Positions 59,223-64,000 of a stretch of DNA of 64,000 bases are shown here, one piece after another. The stretch spans positions 53,541 through 117,540 of the IMG/VR virus record IMGVR_UViG_3300020011_000226; one strand, 5' to 3'. Under the pieces are notes generated by a model. That model made no database searches. It saw only the letters and a program-made list of their open reading frames with translations, and had not been told where the DNA came from. Origin of the DNA: a virus. Taxonomy: Duplodnaviria; Caudoviricetes. Made by a program: the position numbers and the translations under genes. The number at the start of each line of letters is the position of its first letter. The first letter of the stretch is position 1.

Positions 59223-61637
59223 ATGGCAAATAATTTAATGGGAGGATTTCCAGTACAACAGTTGCCTTTTAGCAAGAAGACCAAACTGTGGAGAACCCAA
59301 TGCGTTGATTTTGGGGATCGACACAGCATTATGCATCACCATGTGGCAAGGAAGTCGTGGCAAAAGATGAAAATCAACTATGACTTGCTCAATGGTATCT
59401 TGCACATGGAGGACTTGAAGGCACTTGTCAACCCTTATAACTTGGATGCGTCTTTCATTCCAGATAATATTCAGCACTATAGCATCATCAATTCCAAGCT
59501 GAACGTACTGAGGGGTGAGGAGGCTAACAGGCTGTTTGACCCAAGAGTGGTAGTCACTAATCCTGGGGCAATCTCTTTGATGGAGGAGGAGAAGAACAGA
59601 CAGGTTAATATGGCTATACAGCAGTTGGTTCAGGACTATAGTCAGTCTGAGGAGGATTTTCAGGAGGAGCTGAACAGGCTGAACAACTATTTCAAGTACC
59701 AGTACCAAGACAAAAGAGAGGTAGAGGGTAACTATTTTTTGAACCATTATATCAAGGAGCTGGACATCAATGAGAAGTTCAACATGGGTTTTGTTGATGG
59801 CTATGCGGTTGGTGAGGAAGCCTACCAGTGTGATATAGTCGGAGGAGAACCTACCTTTGAGAAGATTAATCCGAGGGAAATGAGAGTGCTGATGTCTGGC
59901 AATTCTAATATGATAGAGGATGCTGACATGATTATCATTGAGGGGTACAAGAGTCCTGGAGCAGTCATTGATGCCTACTGGGATCAGCTTTCCAAGAAAG
60001 ACATAGAGGCCATTGAGACTGGTTCTGGTGCTGCATATAGTACTCCTGCCGACTCTATGGGAAACATAGATGCAAGAGTTGGCAATCCCTTGAGGTCTGC
60101 CGTACAGCTTAATATGATGGGAGGACAGTGGCAGGCTGGTGAGTATGTTATGACATCAGCAGACCTGTTTGAAGATGATTCCCTGAGCATCCTGACGCCC
60201 TATGACCTGAATGGCAATGTGAGGGTGTTGAAGGTCTACTGGAAGTCAAGGAGGAAAATCAAGAAGGTAAAAAGCTATGATCCAGAGACAGGTGAAGAGC
60301 AGTTTGATTTTTATCCTGAGACCTACAGATGCAGAGAGGACTTGGGTGAAGAAGAGCAGACCTTCTGGGTTAATGAGGCATGGGAAGGCACTAAGATAGG
60401 TGCAGACATCTATGTTAATATGAGACCAAGGCCTGTACAGTACAACAGGATGAGCAATCCTTCAAGATGCCACTTTGGTATTGTGGGCAGCATATATGCT
60501 ACCAATGGCGAAGAGCCTTATAGTATGGTGGACATCATGAAGCCCTATGCCTACTTTTATGATATTATACATGACAGGCTGAACAAGACACTTGCCAAGA
60601 ATGCAGGAAAACTCATCAAAATGGACTTTGCCAAAGTGCCTAAGGGATGGGATGTGGACAAATGGCTACATTTCATCATGGTCAATGGTGTGGTAGTAGA
60701 GAATTCATGGAATGAGGGTGATGTTGGTGCAGCTACTGGAAGGCTGGCAGCATCCTTGAATAATGCTTCTAATGGTGTGGTGGATGCTTCTTTGGGAACA
60801 GAAATACAGAGTTACATCTCCCTGCTTGAGTGGATTTCCAATAAAATAGGTGACCTTCCTGGTATATCAAGACAGAGGGAAGGGCAGATTTCCAATAGAG
60901 AGACTGTTGGAGGTGTAGAGAGAGCAACCTTGCAGTCCAGCCATAGCACACAATGGTTGTTTACCTTCCATGATAGTGTGAAGAAAAGATCCTTGGAGTG
61001 CTTCTTGGAAACAGCCAAGATAGCTTATAGAGGCAGGAAGATTAAGTTTGACTACATCATGAACGATGGTTTCAAGAAGACTATTGAGATTGATGGGGAT
61101 GATTTTGCTGAGTGTGACTATGGCTTGGTTGTAGATACTAATAATGATGTTCAGGAGCTTAACCAGAACCTTGGCCAGTTAGCACAAGCAGGCTTGCAGA
61201 ATGACAAGATGAACTTCTCAACCTTGATGAAGATATATACCACTAAGTCAGTTGCTGAGAGAATGAGGCTTATAGAGAACTATGAGGAACAGGTAATGAT
61301 ACAGCAACAGCAGGCTCAGCAGATTCAGCAGCAGCAATTCCAACAGCAGCTTGAACAGCAGGCACAGCTTGAGAGAGAAAAGTCTGAGAGAGAATACCAG
61401 ATGCATACTGAAAAGCTTCAGACTCAGATACTTACTGCGAGGATTAATGGGCAGGCCGAGGCAGATAGGCTCATCCTGATGAACCATGATAATGATGAAG
61501 CCAATACTCTTGAAAGGGAGAAGATTGCTGAGGATGCAAGGCAGTTTGATAGAAGATTGGAGTTTGACAAACAGAAGCTTAAGGCAGATACAGCTGTCAA
61601 GGAAAAGCAGATTGCCAAGAGTAACAGTAAAAATTAG
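59223..61637 (+). CDS. Portal protein (crAss-like)
   Basis: 804 aa; FPxQ.LP..KK, INYDL.NG, GISRQREGQI..RETVGGVERA; Q-rich coiled-coil tail. Confidence 0.9.
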   Translation: MANNLMGGFPVQQLPFSKKTKLWRTQCVDFGDRHSIMHHHVARKSWQKMKINYDLLNGILHMEDLKALVNPYNLDASFIPDNIQHYSIINSKLNVLRGEEANRLFDPRVVVTNPGAISLMEEEKNRQVNMAIQQLVQDYSQSEEDFQEELNRLNNYFKYQYQDKREVEGNYFLNHYIKELDINEKFNMGFVDGYAVGEEAYQCDIVGGEPTFEKINPREMRVLMSGNSNMIEDADMIIIEGYKSPGAVIDAYWDQLSKKDIEAIETGSGAAYSTPADSMGNIDARVGNPLRSAVQLNMMGGQWQAGEYVMTSADLFEDDSLSILTPYDLNGNVRVLKVYWKSRRKIKKVKSYDPETGEEQFDFYPETYRCREDLGEEEQTFWVNEAWEGTKIGADIYVNMRPRPVQYNRMSNPSRCHFGIVGSIYATNGEEPYSMVDIMKPYAYFYDIIHDRLNKTLAKNAGKLIKMDFAKVPKGWDVDKWLHFIMVNGVVVENSWNEGDVGAATGRLAASLNNASNGVVDASLGTEIQSYISLLEWISNKIGDLPGISRQREGQISNRETVGGVERATLQSSHSTQWLFTFHDSVKKRSLECFLETAKIAYRGRKIKFDYIMNDGFKKTIEIDGDDFAECDYGLVVDTNNDVQELNQNLGQLAQAGLQNDKMNFSTLMKIYTTKSVAERMRLIENYEEQVMIQQQQAQQIQQQQFQQQLEQQAQLEREKSEREYQMHTEKLQTQILTARINGQAEADRLILMNHDNDEANTLEREKIAEDARQFDRRLEFDKQKLKADTAVKEKQIAKSNSKN

Positions 61638-61648
61638 GAGGAGCAGCT

Positions 61649-61957
61649 ATGTTTAATTTCAAAAAGCTGGTAGTCAAATACCTTAAGGAGGTTGCAGAAA
61701 AGATAGAGGCAGGCACTTCTGAGATAACAGAATCCCAAGCTGTGGATATTCTCAGGATAGTTGCCCATGAGGTACTGACTAAAGAACAGGCCTGCAACTA
61801 CCTTAATATGTCGAGAAGCAAGTTTGATGGTTATGTCAGGGAAGGTATTATTCCTAAAGGTAGGAAAACTACTGGTTCAAATGAGCTGAAATGGTATAAG
61901 GATGAACTGGATACTGCTGCCTATAAATTCCAGAATGCCAAAAAAGTGGGAGGGTGA
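61649..61957 (+). CDS. HTH_17/excisionase-like DNA-binding protein
   Basis: LTKEQACNYLNMSRSKFDGYVREG.IPKG. Confidence 0.75.
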   Translation: MFNFKKLVVKYLKEVAEKIEAGTSEITESQAVDILRIVAHEVLTKEQACNYLNMSRSKFDGYVREGIIPKGRKTTGSNELKWYKDELDTAAYKFQNAKKVGG

Positions 61958-62056
61958 TTTTCTGATTATGATAGCACTTTCTCATATACTGTATCCTGAA
62001 AGAGTACCCTCAGAGAATTGATAGAGACGTGGAAGTAACATTTAAATAGGTTAATT

Positions 62057-62668
62057 ATGAAGCAAGTAACATGTTGGCTGGTGATAGTGGCTATAGTTCT
62101 GCTGGCAGTTGTTCACGCAGAATGGCAACAGGTTAAACATGCAAATAGCAAGTGGGAGACAGCAGAAGCCAATGTTAAGGCTTATGCTGCACAGCTGTCT
62201 GAGTCAGGCAAGAAGAACACAGCTTTACAGCTAACTGTAGATCAGTTGGGCTACCTAAAGGATTCAGTCCTCCAAGAGCTTGATAACACAAGGAAAGAAC
62301 TGGAAGTTAAGGATAAGAACCTTAAGGCCCTTCAGTCTGTGTCTTCCTGTTTCAGCAAAAAGGACTCTATTATCCTCAGGGACACCATATTCAAAGACCC
62401 TGAGTTTGCCATGGATACACTGCTGGAAGATAGTTGGTACAGCCTGAAGCTAGGACTTAAATATCCTTCTGTGGTTACAGTAGAACCAGAGTTTAAGAGT
62501 GAGAAACATATCATAGTCTCCAGTAAGAAGGAGACTGTTAATCCCCCGAAGAAGTTCTTTCTTCTAAGATGGCTGCAAAAGAAACATTTGGTGCTGCATG
62601 TTGATGTGGTTGAGAAGAATCCTTATGTGAGTGAAGAGAAGAGTGAGTATGTTGAGATAATCAAGTAG
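62057..62668 (+). CDS. Membrane-anchored coiled-coil protein (Rz/i-spanin-like)
   Basis: N-terminal TM helix, coiled coil, and a KKFFL.RW...NPY tail. Confidence 0.6.
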   Translation: MKQVTCWLVIVAIVLLAVVHAEWQQVKHANSKWETAEANVKAYAAQLSESGKKNTALQLTVDQLGYLKDSVLQELDNTRKELEVKDKNLKALQSVSSCFSKKDSIILRDTIFKDPEFAMDTLLEDSWYSLKLGLKYPSVVTVEPEFKSEKHIIVSSKKETVNPPKKFFLLRWLQKKHLVLHVDVVEKNPYVSEEKSEYVEIIK

Positions 62669-62671
62669 GGC

Positions 62672-62857
62672 ATGGAGGGGTTATTAATAATCGGTTATAT
62701 TGTAGGAGCACTGGTCACCTATTATATTATAAGCAGGCACTTTGACAGGGTGGAGATAGAGGCAGGCTCTGTTAGTACTGCCTGTATTATGTGGCCTCTG
62801 ACCTTCCTTATAGTAATATTACTGTGTATGGAGGGTCTATTCATAAAGAATTCGTAA
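62672..62857 (+). CDS. Small membrane protein
   Basis: Two hydrophobic segments. Confidence 0.55.
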   Translation: MEGLLIIGYIVGALVTYYIISRHFDRVEIEAGSVSTACIMWPLTFLIVILLCMEGLFIKNS

Positions 62858-62935
62858 TAATTAGTTGTAATCATACAATAGATTTGTTTTTCATTGATCA
62901 TTTTTTCTCCCGTCTTTGTGAAAAGGTGGGAGTTT

Positions 62936-64000
62936 TTATATATCCAAACTGGCTATGGCATCCACCACAGTCTCATCAAGCAGTTTGGCATACACTTGCT
63001 CAGTTATCTTGGTAGATGAGTGTCCGCATATCTTCGAGACTATCTGCATGGGAACCCCCTCATTTAATAATAAGGTAGCACCTGTATGCCTTGCCCAGTG
63101 AGTAGAGAGAGGCTTGTCTATCCCAGCAGCCTGTGCTACCACTTTAAGGTACTCATTGTATTTCACATTGCTTATGATGGGCAGCTTTCCTTCATACTTA
63201 TGCAGGATGTCCAAGGCTGGGGATAGCAGGGGAATGGTAAAGGTCATATTGGTCTTATGTCTATTACCCACATACACACTCATGCCCTTCACCTCCTGAA
63301 TCATCCTACTGTTAAAGTCCCTCAGGTCTGAGTAGCTGAGGCAGGTGTAGGTCTGGAAAACAAAGACATCCCTGACTCTGCTGATACATTCTGTGGGCAT
63401 AGGCAGGGTTTTGAGCCTCCTAAATTCCTCTGGAGTCAGACACCTTCTAATACCATTAGTAGATTTATCCTTGTCTATATTCACCCATCTGTAGGGGTTC
63501 TTTTTCATGTATCCTGCATCTATGGCATCCAGTATGAAACTGTTTAGGAATCTGTGGTAATTATTCCATTTACTGTAGGGCTTCATTCCTGTATCAGCCA
63601 AATACTTATCGTAGGAGATGATACTTCTCTCATTAATGTCTTCAAAGCTCTTGATTTTGCCCCACTTAGTAAACAGTCTGATGAATCTGTTATACCTTTC
63701 CTGACTGTCTGGCTTCTTACCATATTTCCTCACTACAGCTCTTTGATTACAGAACTCCAAGAAACTGATTTTAGGTTGATTCATTTTTTCCAGCTCTTCA
63801 GGAATAGTATTAATATCAACCTCCCCCTCCTGCATCATCCTGAGTATAATCTGCCTGACATTGGAAAGCATGGTATCCAGAGTCTGACTAATCGGCATGA
63901 TGTCTGGACAGTTGACGATCTTCCCGTTCTTCCACTGAGTAGAGTAGAGCTTGATACCAGTTGAGATAATCTTCTGTTTGTAGTTATAGGTGATTCTCAT
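62936..64000 (-). CDS. Tyrosine recombinase/integrase (Bacteroidota Arm-SAM-Int type), probably 5'-truncated by the window
   Basis: RIT...STGI arm domain, TCLSYSDL box I, HWARHT, GH...T..VY. Confidence 0.9.
   Translation of the reverse strand: MRITYNYKQKIISTGIKLYSTQWKNGKIVNCPDIMPISQTLDTMLSNVRQIILRMMQEGEVDINTIPEELEKMNQPKISFLEFCNQRAVVRKYGKKPDSQERYNRFIRLFTKWGKIKSFEDINERSIISYDKYLADTGMKPYSKWNNYHRFLNSFILDAIDAGYMKKNPYRWVNIDKDKSTNGIRRCLTPEEFRRLKTLPMPTECISRVRDVFVFQTYTCLSYSDLRDFNSRMIQEVKGMSVYVGNRHKTNMTFTIPLLSPALDILHKYEGKLPIISNVKYNEYLKVVAQAAGIDKPLSTHWARHTGATLLLNEGVPMQIVSKICGHSSTKITEQVYAKLLDETVVDAIASLDI

Noticed and set aside
61290-61370. CAG-rich repeat
   Set aside because: It encodes the ordinary Gln-rich coiled-coil tail of the portal.
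1-64000. Stop-codon reassignment (known in some crAss-like phages)
   Set aside because: Long genes (RNAP, portal, PolA) are intact in the standard code, and TAG, TGA and TAA all end coupled genes.

Overview
This window looks like about two-thirds of a crAss-like phage (Crassvirales) genome infecting a Bacteroidota host. The evidence is a giant virion RNA polymerase with the DFDID motif, a crAss-type portal, and many TAnnTTTG promoters. It uses the standard genetic code. Most genes in 1-54.3 kb are on the minus strand. From right to left they are early small genes, a tRNA/ncRNA region, a replication block (SF2 helicase, DnaB, AAA ATPase, SSB-like protein, primase, UDG, nucleases, NrdG, dUTPase, PolA) and giant virion cargo/RNAP genes. 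Genes in 54.8-62.9 kb are on the plus strand (portal, spanin-like) and converge on a tyrosine integrase. The most notable observations are: (1) a contiguous Ubl-E2-JAB-E1 (ubiquitin-like conjugation) operon inside the replication block; (2) a ~654-nt non-coding, heavily base-paired and pseudoknotted RNA (ROOL-like) preceded by a boxA; (3) a family of U-rich small RNA candidates ending in GUGA-loop terminators, arrayed behind a tRNA, one of which is perfectly complementary to the translation start of its neighbouring gene; (4) two atypical tRNA-Arg genes with a C19-G56 swap; (5) an inverted RepL-like cassette with 21-bp iterons; (6) a repeated non-host promoter motif ahead of a triplicated early gene. 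All assignments come from reading motifs by eye; no database searches were run.
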